A stretch of 63,608 bases of DNA, counting the filler. It is 4 parts of 4 records of this genome, joined end to end, with 100 filler letters (N's around TTAATTAATTAA, not from the genome) between each part and the next. Parts side by side here need not be neighbours in the genome. Positions count along the whole stretch, not along the records: positions 21,360 to 51,027 come from SRR31156797_15828; 3 more parts are not named here. The stretch is one strand, 5' to 3'. Of this stretch, positions 37,819 to 47,515 are shown in pieces. Within the stretch, counting starts at the first letter, position 1, and each line of letters begins with the position of its first letter. The position numbers and the translations under genes were made by a program. Below the pieces are notes generated by a model. That model made no database searches. It had not been told where the DNA came from and saw only the letters and a program-made list of their open reading frames with translations.

Positions 37819-38584
37819 AAAAAAGGAAAAACGGAAACAAGCGATGGTTGAGCTGCTGCAGGAAAAGGAGGTTGTCCCACTTCCGACCCTTGCAGCGGTG
37901 CTCGAAGTATCAGAAATGACAGCAAGACGTTACGTCAACGAACTTGAACCAATCGTGCATATAGCTGGGTCGCACGTATTTTTACGTAAAATAGATGATA
38001 CCGAAGACCTTGATGTCTATAAATTGGATGTTGAAACAATTCGAAATATTGACAAAAAAAAAGCAACAGGAAAAGCAGCGGCCGCACTCATTGAAGAAAA
38101 TGACGTTATCTTTATCGACTGCGGTACCACAACGCCATTCATAGCTCACCACATATCCAGAAAACTTAAGTTTAAAGCTATCTGTTGTTCCCTTAACATT
38201 TTCAACATTCTCAAAGGATATGATCATTGCCAGATACTGCTAACAGGCGGTACCTATCACGATCAGACCCAGGTTTTTTCCAGCAAACAAGCTTTAGATA
38301 TGATCCGGGATATCCGTATTACAAAAGCTTTTATTTCTGCTGCAGGAGTCGACAGGAAGCTTGGTTTAACATGTTTCAACCAATACGAAACAGATCTAAA
38401 AAGGGAAGTGATGAAATTTTCTCAACATGTCTACCTGGTTGTCGACAGCAGCAAAATCAACGATGTTAAGATTGCCTATTTTGGTGACATTACTCAAGCA
38501 CACACAGTTGTCACAAACACAGATATTAGTACTGCTGACGAACAATGGATAAGGGAATTAGGGCTTGATTTAGTAAAGAGTTAA
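37799..38584 (+). CDS. deoR: DeoR-family transcriptional repressor
   Basis: HTH 'VSEMTARR', 'IFIDCGTTT', 'KAFISAAGV', 'LVVDSSK'; adjacent to deoC. Start may be the TTG at 37811. Confidence 0.88.
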   Translation: MVLSLSQKKEKRKQAMVELLQEKEVVPLPTLAAVLEVSEMTARRYVNELEPIVHIAGSHVFLRKIDDTEDLDVYKLDVETIRNIDKKKATGKAAAALIEENDVIFIDCGTTTPFIAHHISRKLKFKAICCSLNIFNILKGYDHCQILLTGGTYHDQTQVFSSKQALDMIRDIRITKAFISAAGVDRKLGLTCFNQYETDLKREVMKFSQHVYLVVDSSKINDVKIAYFGDITQAHTVVTNTDISTADEQWIRELGLDLVKS

Positions 38585-38666
38585 CTAGCCCCCCAGTATA
38601 ATTTTGACATTTAAATTGTTATCTTCTTGTCAGCAATTTTAATACTTTTTCAAATTAAGGATAAAT

Positions 38667-39350
38667 ATGGATACGACCATCAGTACTCAAGACCTCCCTT
38701 CCTACATCGATCATACAGTTTTAAAGCCAGATGCAACGCCGCAAGACATAGAAAAGCTCTGTGTAGAGGCACTGCAATATTCATTTCGAACAGTCTGCGT
38801 CAACTCTGTACATGTTCCCTTTTGTGTTCACAGATTGGCTGGCAGCTCTGTTGGGGTATGTTCGGTCATTGGATTTCCGCTCGGAGCCATGGCTACTCAA
38901 GCCAAGGCAGCTGAAGCAGCATGGGCGGTAGAAAATGGTGCATCAGAAATAGATATGGTCATAGCCGTTGGCTTTCTTAAAGCTGGTGAGATCGATTTTG
39001 TAAAAAATGACATAGAGGAAGTGTACAAAAGTTGTGGCACTGCAAAGCTTAAAGTAATCCTGGAGACCGGACTTTTAGACGATAAGGAAATTACAGATGC
39101 ATGTGTTGTCTGCAGAGATATTGGGGTCGCATTTGTAAAGACATCTACCGGATTTGGTCACGGTGGTGCAACGGTTGAAGACGTTGCATTAATGAAATCA
39201 ATAGTTGGAGATGCTGTTGAAGTTAAAGCTTCTGGTGGTGTAAAAAACTTTAATGACGCGGTAAAGATGATAAATGCCGGCGCAACACGCCTTGGAACAA
39301 GCTCTGGGGTAGAGCTTGTTAAAGGCCAAGGAGTAAATGCTGGTTATTAA
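38667..39350 (+). CDS. deoC: Deoxyribose-phosphate aldolase
   Basis: 'YIDHTVLKP', 'VIGFPLG', 'GASEIDMV', 'LKVILETG', 'FVKTSTGF', 'VKASGG', 'RLGTSSG'. Confidence 0.97.
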   Translation: MDTTISTQDLPSYIDHTVLKPDATPQDIEKLCVEALQYSFRTVCVNSVHVPFCVHRLAGSSVGVCSVIGFPLGAMATQAKAAEAAWAVENGASEIDMVIAVGFLKAGEIDFVKNDIEEVYKSCGTAKLKVILETGLLDDKEITDACVVCRDIGVAFVKTSTGFGHGGATVEDVALMKSIVGDAVEVKASGGVKNFNDAVKMINAGATRLGTSSGVELVKGQGVNAGY

Positions 39351-39446
39351 AAGTTGATTAGTAAAGCGACGGTTTGTGGTTGAGTGGAATTGTCCTCTCT
39401 ATCCTGTAAACGGATCGTCTTATCACTCTCAAAGCAGGAGGAGCAA

Positions 39447-40487
39447 ATGAGGAAATTAATTGCCTGTCTAATCATGTTGTGTTTTGCCTCAGTGGCATAC
39501 GCTGAGCCGCCGGTAAACACCACTGATGTTATCAAAGGGATCAATAAAAGCGATACAAAGAAAGAGTTTGCAATTGCTACTGTAGTAAAAGTTGACGGCA
39601 TCGCATGGTTTGACAGGATGCGTGACGGCGTTAAACAATTTAAAAAAGAAACAAAACACGACACCTGGATGTTGGGGCCAAGCCAAGCTGATGCAGCCGC
39701 CCAGGTACAAATTATTGAAAACCTTATTGCCCAAGGCGTAGATGCAATATGTGTTGTTCCCTTTTCTGTTGAAGCCCTTGAGCCTGTACTCAAAAAAGCT
39801 AGAGACAGAGGTATCGTTGTTATAGCTCATGAAGCATCTAACATCAAAAATGCTGACTATGTCATAGAGGCATTTGACAACTTTGCTTACGGTGAAGAAT
39901 TGATGCGTCATCTTGGAGAATTCATGGGTGGTGAAGGAAGCTACACTGCTACAGTTGGCAGCCTTACCTCGAAGTCGCAAAATGAGTGGATTGATGGAGC
40001 AGTTGCATACCAAAAAGCAAATTTCCCTAAAATGAAGCTTGTTACCAAGCGTCTTGAAACATACGACGATGCCAACACAGACTACAACAAGCTTAAAGAA
40101 GCATTGTTAACCTATCCAGACTTGAAAGGGATCGTCGGTGGTCCTATGCCTACTTCTGCTGGAGCAGGTAAACTCATTATGGAAAAAGGTCTCAAGGACA
40201 AGCTCTTTTTTGCAGGCACCGGACTGGTCTCCGTTGCAGGCGAATACATCAAAGAAGGCGCAATTCAGTACATTCAATTCTGGGATCCGGCTGTTGCGGG
40301 GTACGCTATGAACACACTCGCTGTCATGGCACTTTCCGGCAAAAAAGATCAGATCAAAGCCGGGCTGAATCTCGGTATAGATGGCTACACAGATCTTCTT
40401 GTTCCTGATCAGAAAAAACCTAACCTGCTTTATGGTGCAGGATGGGTTGGCGTAACATCTGAAAATATGGATAAGTACAACTTCTAA
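39447..40487 (+). CDS. Sugar/nucleoside ABC transporter substrate-binding protein (LsrB-like type I fold)
   Basis: Signal peptide; 'IATVVKVDGIAWFDRM', 'DAAAQVQIIENLIAQGVDAI', 'FWDPAVAG'. AGGAGG RBS. Confidence 0.9.
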   Translation: MRKLIACLIMLCFASVAYAEPPVNTTDVIKGINKSDTKKEFAIATVVKVDGIAWFDRMRDGVKQFKKETKHDTWMLGPSQADAAAQVQIIENLIAQGVDAICVVPFSVEALEPVLKKARDRGIVVIAHEASNIKNADYVIEAFDNFAYGEELMRHLGEFMGGEGSYTATVGSLTSKSQNEWIDGAVAYQKANFPKMKLVTKRLETYDDANTDYNKLKEALLTYPDLKGIVGGPMPTSAGAGKLIMEKGLKDKLFFAGTGLVSVAGEYIKEGAIQYIQFWDPAVAGYAMNTLAVMALSGKKDQIKAGLNLGIDGYTDLLVPDQKKPNLLYGAGWVGVTSENMDKYNF

Positions 40488-40510
40488 AGTAATCATTACC
40501 GACCGGTAGC

Positions 40511-42010
40511 ATGAAGACCACACAAAATTTCCTTTCGCTAACAGGCGTTCATAAATATTTTTCGGGTGTACATGCCCTCAATGATCTCTCACTTTCCTTA
40601 GGAAAAGGGGAGATTCATTGTCTGGCAGGGGAAAACGGCTCAGGTAAATCCACTTTGATAAAAGTGATTTCAGGGATCTATACGCCTGAAGAAGGTGAGA
40701 TAGTTATAGACGGACAAAGCATGGACCGCCTGACTCCAAAACAGGCAATTGAGCTGGGGATTCAAGTAATATACCAGGATTTCTCTCTTTTCGGGAACCT
40801 TACTGTAGCCGAAAATCTTGCTTTGAATACTAACCTGGCTCAAAAGAAAAAGTTTGTTAACTGGAAGAAAGTAAAACAACTGGCCCAGGAGGCTTTGAAC
40901 AGGCTGGAAGTAGATATTGATCTGAATGCTGAAGTGGGAACGCTACCGGTCGCTCAAAAGCAGCTTATAGCTATTGCAAGAGCATTAATGTTTAACGCGC
41001 GGTTGATCATAATGGACGAACCTACAACAGCGCTTACCAGCCGAGAAGTGCAAGTTCTGTTCGGCATCGTTCGTCAAATACAACAACAGGGTATTTCTGT
41101 TCTTTTCGTAAGCCATAAGATGCGTGAAATGCTCGAAATTAGCGAAAAAATAACCGTTATCCGCAATGGCAGCAAAGTAGCAGGGGGAAACACTGCAGAG
41201 TTTTCCGAAAAATTGCTGACATATCACATGACAGGTCAAGAACTTGTAGATAAAAAATACAGCATTGAGCTTTCACCATCAACTTCACCCCGGTTGGAAT
41301 TAAAGGGGTATAGCGGAACAGGATTTAACGATTTAAGCTTATCCGTTTATCCCCAGGAGATCATAGGAATAACGGGGCTCCTTGGCTCAGGAAGAACGCA
41401 TATTGCTCAAGCCTTATTTGGGATGCAGCACAAAACAAGCGGACAAATTTTTATCGATGGGACAGAGGTAAATTTACATTCAATCAATGATGCAATTGCA
41501 AACGGAATAGCTTACGTCCCTGAAGACCGATTAAGTGAAGGACTTTTTCTAACCCAATCAATTAAAAAAAATATCCTTGCAGCCACACTCGATGCCGCAA
41601 GCAAGGGAATGATTTTCAACCAGAAAAAAGCCGATGAGAATGCGGCAAAAATGATCGATGAGTTGGCCATCAACACCGTCGATTTTGAAAACCATGTCAA
41701 TACATTATCTGGCGGTAACCAGCAACGGGTAGTTCTGGGAAAATGGATGCTCACAGATGCTAAAATCCTTATCCTTAACGGCCCCACCGTGGGGGTTGAT
41801 GTTGGCTCCAAGTCGGAAATCCATCAAAAGATACGTATGATTGCACAAAATGAAGGATTGAGTGTCATCATGATTTCCGACGATATCCATGAGCTCGTGC
41901 ATAACTGCAATCGTATTATCATCATGCACAAAGGCAAATTCATAGACGAGATATCGGCAGAACAAGCTGAAGAAAATGATATTAATAACCGACTGAAGGA
42001 GCTTGTGTAA
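40511..42010 (+). CDS. Sugar ABC transporter ATP-binding protein (CUT2, two domains)
   Basis: 'GENGSGKSTL', 'IMDEPT', 'YVPEDR', 'LSGGNQQRVVLGKW'. Confidence 0.95.
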   Translation: MKTTQNFLSLTGVHKYFSGVHALNDLSLSLGKGEIHCLAGENGSGKSTLIKVISGIYTPEEGEIVIDGQSMDRLTPKQAIELGIQVIYQDFSLFGNLTVAENLALNTNLAQKKKFVNWKKVKQLAQEALNRLEVDIDLNAEVGTLPVAQKQLIAIARALMFNARLIIMDEPTTALTSREVQVLFGIVRQIQQQGISVLFVSHKMREMLEISEKITVIRNGSKVAGGNTAEFSEKLLTYHMTGQELVDKKYSIELSPSTSPRLELKGYSGTGFNDLSLSVYPQEIIGITGLLGSGRTHIAQALFGMQHKTSGQIFIDGTEVNLHSINDAIANGIAYVPEDRLSEGLFLTQSIKKNILAATLDAASKGMIFNQKKADENAAKMIDELAINTVDFENHVNTLSGGNQQRVVLGKWMLTDAKILILNGPTVGVDVGSKSEIHQKIRMIAQNEGLSVIMISDDIHELVHNCNRIIIMHKGKFIDEISAEQAEENDINNRLKELV

Positions 42011-42017
42011 AAGCGCA

Positions 42018-42995
42018 ATGAAGATTTACCTCCGCTCAGAATTTATTATTGGATCAGTGCTATTGTTAGCAATGCTAATTATCGGCACCATTAACCCTGC
42101 CTTCTGGCACCTAGACAACCTTTTCAGTCTGCTTCGCAATAATATAGTCATTGGGATCATGGCACTTGGTGTCTTGCTGGTACTTATCTCTGGCGGGATT
42201 GATGTTTCCTTCCCCGCCTTTGCGGTTGCAAGTGCATACATTTCAGTAAAGCTTGTCCTTTACTGGCAACTGCAGGGGGTCTTTCTCCCAATCGTTATGG
42301 CTGTGCTTCTCGGTGCTGGATTCGGAGCCATAAACGCATTTTTTGTGGCAAAGTTTAAAATGATCCCCTTGATCGTTACCCTGGGGACAGGAGGGATGGT
42401 AAGAGGTTTCCTGCTTGGGCTCATAGGCACCAGTATGATTAATATCAATAAAATGCCAAAGCCTCTCATTGAACTCTCTAAAGTCAATTTGTATAGCGGG
42501 GTTAACCCAGACGGCACTCACTATGGGTTGACGATACTCATTCTTTTTTACGTTGTTGCTGCAATTGCTGTTCATTGGTTGTTGAAATACACCATGCTTG
42601 GCAGAAGCATCTACGCCATAGGCGGAGACCCGATATCAGCAGAACGATCAGGGTTCAACATTCCTGCTGTCCAGACGTTTGTATATTGCCTTGCAGGTGC
42701 ACTGGCAGGCTTTGCAGGAATTCTTCATAGTTCACTTATCTGGCTTGCAAATCCAAGGGATATGATGGGGTTTGAACTTGACGTAATAGCAGCCGTCGTT
42801 TTGGGGGGAGCAAGTATTTTTGGCGGTCGCGGAAGCGTACTTGGAACCATGCTTGGTGTGTTCATGCTGGTCATGGTTAAAAACAGCCTGATCATCATGA
42901 GAGTTGATACAACCTGGCAACGCGTTGTTGTCGGAATCATTATTATTGCAGCTACCGCCATAACAGCTTTTAGAGATAGGAAATCCAATGATTAA
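42018..42995 (+). CDS. Sugar ABC transporter permease
   Basis: 'LISGGIDVS', 'GRSIYAIGG', 'FELDVIAAVVLGGASIFGGRGS'. Confidence 0.93.
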   Translation: MKIYLRSEFIIGSVLLLAMLIIGTINPAFWHLDNLFSLLRNNIVIGIMALGVLLVLISGGIDVSFPAFAVASAYISVKLVLYWQLQGVFLPIVMAVLLGAGFGAINAFFVAKFKMIPLIVTLGTGGMVRGFLLGLIGTSMININKMPKPLIELSKVNLYSGVNPDGTHYGLTILILFYVVAAIAVHWLLKYTMLGRSIYAIGGDPISAERSGFNIPAVQTFVYCLAGALAGFAGILHSSLIWLANPRDMMGFELDVIAAVVLGGASIFGGRGSVLGTMLGVFMLVMVKNSLIIMRVDTTWQRVVVGIIIIAATAITAFRDRKSND

Positions 42996-44001
42996 GGACA
43001 ATCATCTTAACATCAGGGATTTTTTCGGTAAGAATAACAACTTATTTCAGTTATTATTCATCACGGCACTCATCTTTATTACCATGAGTGTATTGAACCC
43101 CGAAAAATTCCTTCGATACTACAACTTCGATTCGATCGCCTTTTCTTTCCCAGAACTAGGTCTTTTGTCTGTTGCGATGATGGTTGCAATGCTCACAGGC
43201 GGTATCGACCTCTCCGTTGTTGGAATTGCCAACTTTGCCGCTGTCATGGCAGGAAAGCTTTTTCAAACCATGATCAGCGGCCAGAATCTACCGGACTCAA
43301 CACTCTTTTTGTATGTCCTGTTAGGTATCGCAATTTCACTGATAATTGGGCTTTTAGCGGGCATGCTCAACGGCTTTTTGATTACCAAAGTTGGAATTAC
43401 CCCCATACTGGCAACTATGGGAACAGGGCAACTTTTTACAGGGATTGCTCTGGTCATTACTGGTGGACCGGCAATAGTCGGTTTCCCAGAAATGTGGTCG
43501 ATGATTGGTAATGAAAAGGTACTAGGAATAGCTGCCCCGTGTTGGATATTTTTTGTAGTGGCAGTTTCAATTGCCTTTGTTTTGAATAAAACGAGCTTTG
43601 GCATAAAGCTCATGCTTATCGGGACGAATGCCAAAGCCGCAGTATTTTCAGGTATACAGAAAAATAAAATTATCTTTCAAAGCTATATGCTGACCGGCCT
43701 GCTCGCCGCAGTTACAGGTATAATAATGTCAGGAAGAACAAATGCGGCCAAATCGGATTATGGCTCATCATATGTATTACAGGCTGTCCTTGTAGCAGTG
43801 CTTGCGGGCACCAACCCTGCTGGAGGATACGGCTCAGTACTAGGCGTTTTTATTGCTGTCATCGGCTTGATGTTTTTATCAAGTGGCTTTCAAATAATGC
43901 GATTTAGCAACTTTCTTGTAGATTTTATATGGGGTGCCTTCCTCTTACTGATCATGATTGTCAATTACTATAACAACAAAAGACAAGCTCAACGAAGATA
44001 A
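42988..44001 (+). CDS. Sugar ABC transporter permease
   Basis: 'LTGGIDLS', 'ITPILAT', 'VLQAVLVAVLAG..P.GG.GS'. Confidence 0.93.
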   Translation: MIKDNHLNIRDFFGKNNNLFQLLFITALIFITMSVLNPEKFLRYYNFDSIAFSFPELGLLSVAMMVAMLTGGIDLSVVGIANFAAVMAGKLFQTMISGQNLPDSTLFLYVLLGIAISLIIGLLAGMLNGFLITKVGITPILATMGTGQLFTGIALVITGGPAIVGFPEMWSMIGNEKVLGIAAPCWIFFVVAVSIAFVLNKTSFGIKLMLIGTNAKAAVFSGIQKNKIIFQSYMLTGLLAAVTGIIMSGRTNAAKSDYGSSYVLQAVLVAVLAGTNPAGGYGSVLGVFIAVIGLMFLSSGFQIMRFSNFLVDFIWGAFLLLIMIVNYYNNKRQAQRR

Positions 44002-44017
44002 GAGAATTGGAGGAGTT

Positions 44018-45100
44018 GTGAACGGAAAAATTTTACTCAACAAAAAATTATTTTCAGAAAATCGATACCGCATCTTCGAATCTAATGATTTTTTTGTAGA
44101 AACCTGGCGTTACCCCAGTGGGATAGAAGCCTTAACCTTAGGTAATAGCCGAGGTTGCCTGACCGTACTCCCTTATATGGGCCAAATGGTGTGGGATGCA
44201 GTTTTTGACGGTCATGATTTAACCATGAAAAATATGTTTCGTCAGCCCCTGCCGGCATCAACAATTGTCGGTACCTATGGGTGCTATTTGTACCATAGCG
44301 GCCTCTTAAGAAACGGCTGCCCAGGAGAAGGGGATGATCATCCTCTCCACGGCGAAATGCCTTGTGCGCCAATGGATAGCGCGACTCTTGTTTTTGGTGT
44401 TGATGCAACAGGACCGTACCTTCGGCTAGAGGGAGAATATGAATATGTGATGGGATTTGGGGATCACTACCTTGCGTCTCCATCCATTCAAATTCGACCC
44501 GAAACAGGTCTTTTTGATGTCCGCATGGAAGTGGTAAACCTGGGGGGTGAAGACATGGAGCTAATGTACATGTGCCACATGAACCAGGTATTCGAAAAAG
44601 GAGCAGAAGTCATTCAACCAATGGCATACACACCTGATAATGTTGTCACAAGAACGTCTGTTCCCAGTCATGTTAAGCCAACACCAGAGTGGCTTCATTT
44701 TTTGAATAAAGTCGCCAATACGCCTGAAAAGATGGCATTTTTCAATGATGAAGAAAAATATAATCCTGAATTTGTGTTCTTTCTCCGAAACATGGCTGTA
44801 GACCATAATAATGACACCCATTTTTTGATGAAATTTGTTGATGGCAGCGGGTGCTACTGTCGTTACAGCCCCCTTGAATTTGACCATGCTGTTCGGTGGG
44901 TTTTGTCCAATGCAGACCAAAAAGTAGCTGCATTTGCATTGCCTGCTACCTGTGAACCAGAAGGGTATACAGCGGAAAAAGAAAAGGGGAATATTAAAAT
45001 ACTCCACCCTGGTCAAAACAGGATTTTTAATGTTCGAACAGGGTTTCTATCCGAAGAAGAATGTCAGGCTGCAGAAAAAATAATCCGCTCATTACAATAG
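44018..45100 (+). CDS. DUF4432 / aldose-epimerase family protein (DeoM deoxyribose mutarotase-like)
   Basis: 'NSRG.LTVLPYMGQMVWDAVFDG.DLTM', 'TYGC..YHSGLL.NGCP...D.HPLHGEMPCA', 'YMCHMN', 'AFALPATCEPEGY'. GTG start after GGAGGAG. Confidence 0.82.
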   Translation: MNGKILLNKKLFSENRYRIFESNDFFVETWRYPSGIEALTLGNSRGCLTVLPYMGQMVWDAVFDGHDLTMKNMFRQPLPASTIVGTYGCYLYHSGLLRNGCPGEGDDHPLHGEMPCAPMDSATLVFGVDATGPYLRLEGEYEYVMGFGDHYLASPSIQIRPETGLFDVRMEVVNLGGEDMELMYMCHMNQVFEKGAEVIQPMAYTPDNVVTRTSVPSHVKPTPEWLHFLNKVANTPEKMAFFNDEEKYNPEFVFFLRNMAVDHNNDTHFLMKFVDGSGCYCRYSPLEFDHAVRWVLSNADQKVAAFALPATCEPEGYTAEKEKGNIKILHPGQNRIFNVRTGFLSEEECQAAEKIIRSLQ

Positions 45101-45117
45101 CGCACTAAAGGTAGAAT

Positions 45118-46038
45118 ATGAAAAAGATAGCAGTTATCGGCAGCAACATGGTTGACCTCGTAACCTATACAGACAGAATGCCAAAGGCTGGTGAAACTTT
45201 AGAGGCACCTACTTTTGACATGGGTTTTGGCGGTAAAGGCGCTAATCAAGCAGTAGCTGCGGCTAAACTTGGGGCTGAAGTACTTATGGTGTCTAAGGTT
45301 GGAGATGATGTATTTGGACCTAATACCAAGGAAAATTTCGTTAATCTTGGAATAGATGCCAGGTATGTCGAATCCGTACCTGGAGTCTCTAGCGGGGTAG
45401 CTCCCATCTTTGTAGAGCCTTCTGGACAAAACAGCATTCTTATTATCAAGGGAGCCAATGGACACCTTCTCCCAGCAGACGTTGACGCGGCTCTTGAAGA
45501 TATACGACAGTGCGAGTTGATTGTTATGCAGCTTGAGATTCCACTTGAAACTGTTTACCATGTGATAGAGCTTGGTGTTCGAGAGAATATACCAGTATTG
45601 CTCAATCCAGCTCCAGCTGTGGCTGATCTGGATATGGATAAAATTTCTCAATTGAGCATGTTTGTACCTAACGAGACTGAACTGGAGATTTTAACAAAAC
45701 AACCTGTTGGAACAATCGAAGAAATTGAAGCGGCGGCTGCTTCTCTAGTAGAAAAGGGTGTGGGGACAGTTATTGTTACAATGGGCGAGAAGGGCGCGCT
45801 TTTGGTAAATAATGATGAAAAAACCCATATCCCCTGCCCGAAAGTAGACGCTAAAGATACGACGGGAGCTGGGGATGCCTTTATAGGGTGCTTCACAAGA
45901 TATTACGTGGAAACAAAGCACGTTCTTCAATCGATAGAAAAAGCCGTGGCTTATGCATCTCTTTCAACTCTGAAGGCAGGGACTCAAAAATCATTTGCTG
46001 ATATCGCTGATTTTGAGCACTTCTGGAAACAGCTTTAG
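45118..46038 (+). CDS. PfkB ribokinase, probably deoxyribokinase (DeoK-like)
   Basis: 'IAVIGSNMVDL.TY...MPK.GETLEAP', 'GGKGANQAVAAAKLG', 'PNETEL', 'DTTGAGDAFIG'; deo context. Confidence 0.88.
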   Translation: MKKIAVIGSNMVDLVTYTDRMPKAGETLEAPTFDMGFGGKGANQAVAAAKLGAEVLMVSKVGDDVFGPNTKENFVNLGIDARYVESVPGVSSGVAPIFVEPSGQNSILIIKGANGHLLPADVDAALEDIRQCELIVMQLEIPLETVYHVIELGVRENIPVLLNPAPAVADLDMDKISQLSMFVPNETELEILTKQPVGTIEEIEAAAASLVEKGVGTVIVTMGEKGALLVNNDEKTHIPCPKVDAKDTTGAGDAFIGCFTRYYVETKHVLQSIEKAVAYASLSTLKAGTQKSFADIADFEHFWKQL

Positions 46039-46418
46039 CATGATTTATTTGTTCTCTTTTTTGCACCCCTTATACATTGCGAGTGTCACGTCAATGATTT
46101 AATGACCCAATATTGCGCCGTAATCGCTTGTACCTGTGTTTTCCGTTCATGGGGGCATAGTTGATGACTACGCGACTCATGATCCGGCAACACAGGTTCG
46201 AAAATGGACAGGTAAGGTGCGACAGATCAGCGTTGAAGGGACACTAAGCAGCAAAAATGGTGTGTATTTGGCAGGTATAGGTAGTATCTGCTAAATACAC
46301 TCCTCACACCAAACCCCACCCGCAGAAATGCAGCATGAAGTCATCTCAGTGTACCCACACTGTTTCCCCACAATGGAAACATTGACCACCTCGAAGAAGT
46401 CTCTATAACACATATCCC

Positions 46419-47048
46419 ATGGCCCCAATAATTGAGTTCCCCAGCCTCGCTCTCTTTATCCCGACTTTCTTTTTTGTTTCTGCTACCCCAGGCATGTGCA
46501 TGACCCTTTCTATGACATTGGGGATGACTGTTGGCGTGAAGCGAACGCTGTGGATGATGTGGGGAGAACTCTTAGGGGTCGGACTGGTATCCATTGCTGC
46601 AGTCGTTGGAGTTGCCTCAATCATGCTCCATCACCCCTCTCTCTTTATCCTGCTAAAATATATTGGTGGCGCATATCTCTTTTATCTTGGAGTCCAGATG
46701 TGGTGTTGCAAGGGTAAGATGGCGATACATTCAGACTCAACCAATCAGCACCATGCTGACCGCCTGGGCCTTACTCTTCAGGGTTTTATCACTGCCATAG
46801 CCAATCCTAAAGGCTGGGCATTTATGATTTCTCTGCTGCCTCCTTTTATCAATCCAAACTATTCGCTGGCCCCGCAGATGATGACTCTGCTCACAATTAT
46901 TCTTACCATTGAGTTCTTTTGCCTGATTGTTTACGCAAGCGGGGGGAAGACACTCCGCTGTTTCCTCAGCAAAAAAGGCAACGTCCGACTGCTCAATAGA
47001 GTTGCTGGAACCCTGATGTGTGGGGTGGGTATCTGGCTGGCCTTTTGA
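46419..47048 (+). CDS. LysE/RhtB-family translocator
   Basis: 'FFVSATPG', 'LKYIGGAYL.YLG', 'QGFITAIANPKGW'. Confidence 0.9.
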   Translation: MAPIIEFPSLALFIPTFFFVSATPGMCMTLSMTLGMTVGVKRTLWMMWGELLGVGLVSIAAVVGVASIMLHHPSLFILLKYIGGAYLFYLGVQMWCCKGKMAIHSDSTNQHHADRLGLTLQGFITAIANPKGWAFMISLLPPFINPNYSLAPQMMTLLTIILTIEFFCLIVYASGGKTLRCFLSKKGNVRLLNRVAGTLMCGVGIWLAF

Positions 47049-47515
47049 TAACACCCCCTTTGAGATCAACAGGCAACGCCGCATAGTGATCTCCACCAAG
47101 TAGTGCTGCAATATCCTCTAGCATCTTATTTGACGGTGGAACGCATAACTTACAGATCTCACCGCAGCAGGCTTTCGTCCCCTTCAAAGGCCGCCTTACA
47201 ACAATGCCCCGGGCCAAACGACTCAAATCCGAATTTCTCAACTGGCCCTATGATTCATTGGGGTAACGTTCACTGCCGATACAATTTTTTCTAGATTATC
47301 TGTTCTATGATTGAGTATATTAAAAGTAGAGTTAAGTGATCGTTCTTGAAACATCTCATTGTCACCTGGGTGCTTTATGACTACCAGTACTGATGCACGT
47401 ACAGGTAAATGCGGCTCCAGCCCCTTTGCACAGCAAAGGATTAAGCCGACCCTTACGATGCCTGTGCCCGCTTTTTCATCTACGGCGCCCCCTGGCATAA
47501 ACGGACAGGAAGCAG

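Noticed and set aside
39447-40487. AI-2 (Lsr) quorum-sensing system, given an LsrB-like binding protein and an FGGY kinase
   Set aside because: No lsrF, lsrG or lsrR; the kinase is pentulose-kinase type; the deoC, deoM-like and deoK-like neighbours point to deoxyribose.
46039-46418. Long intergenic region upstream of lysE as a possible riboswitch
   Set aside because: I could not recognise any riboswitch consensus or convincing structure. An Rfam cmscan would settle it.
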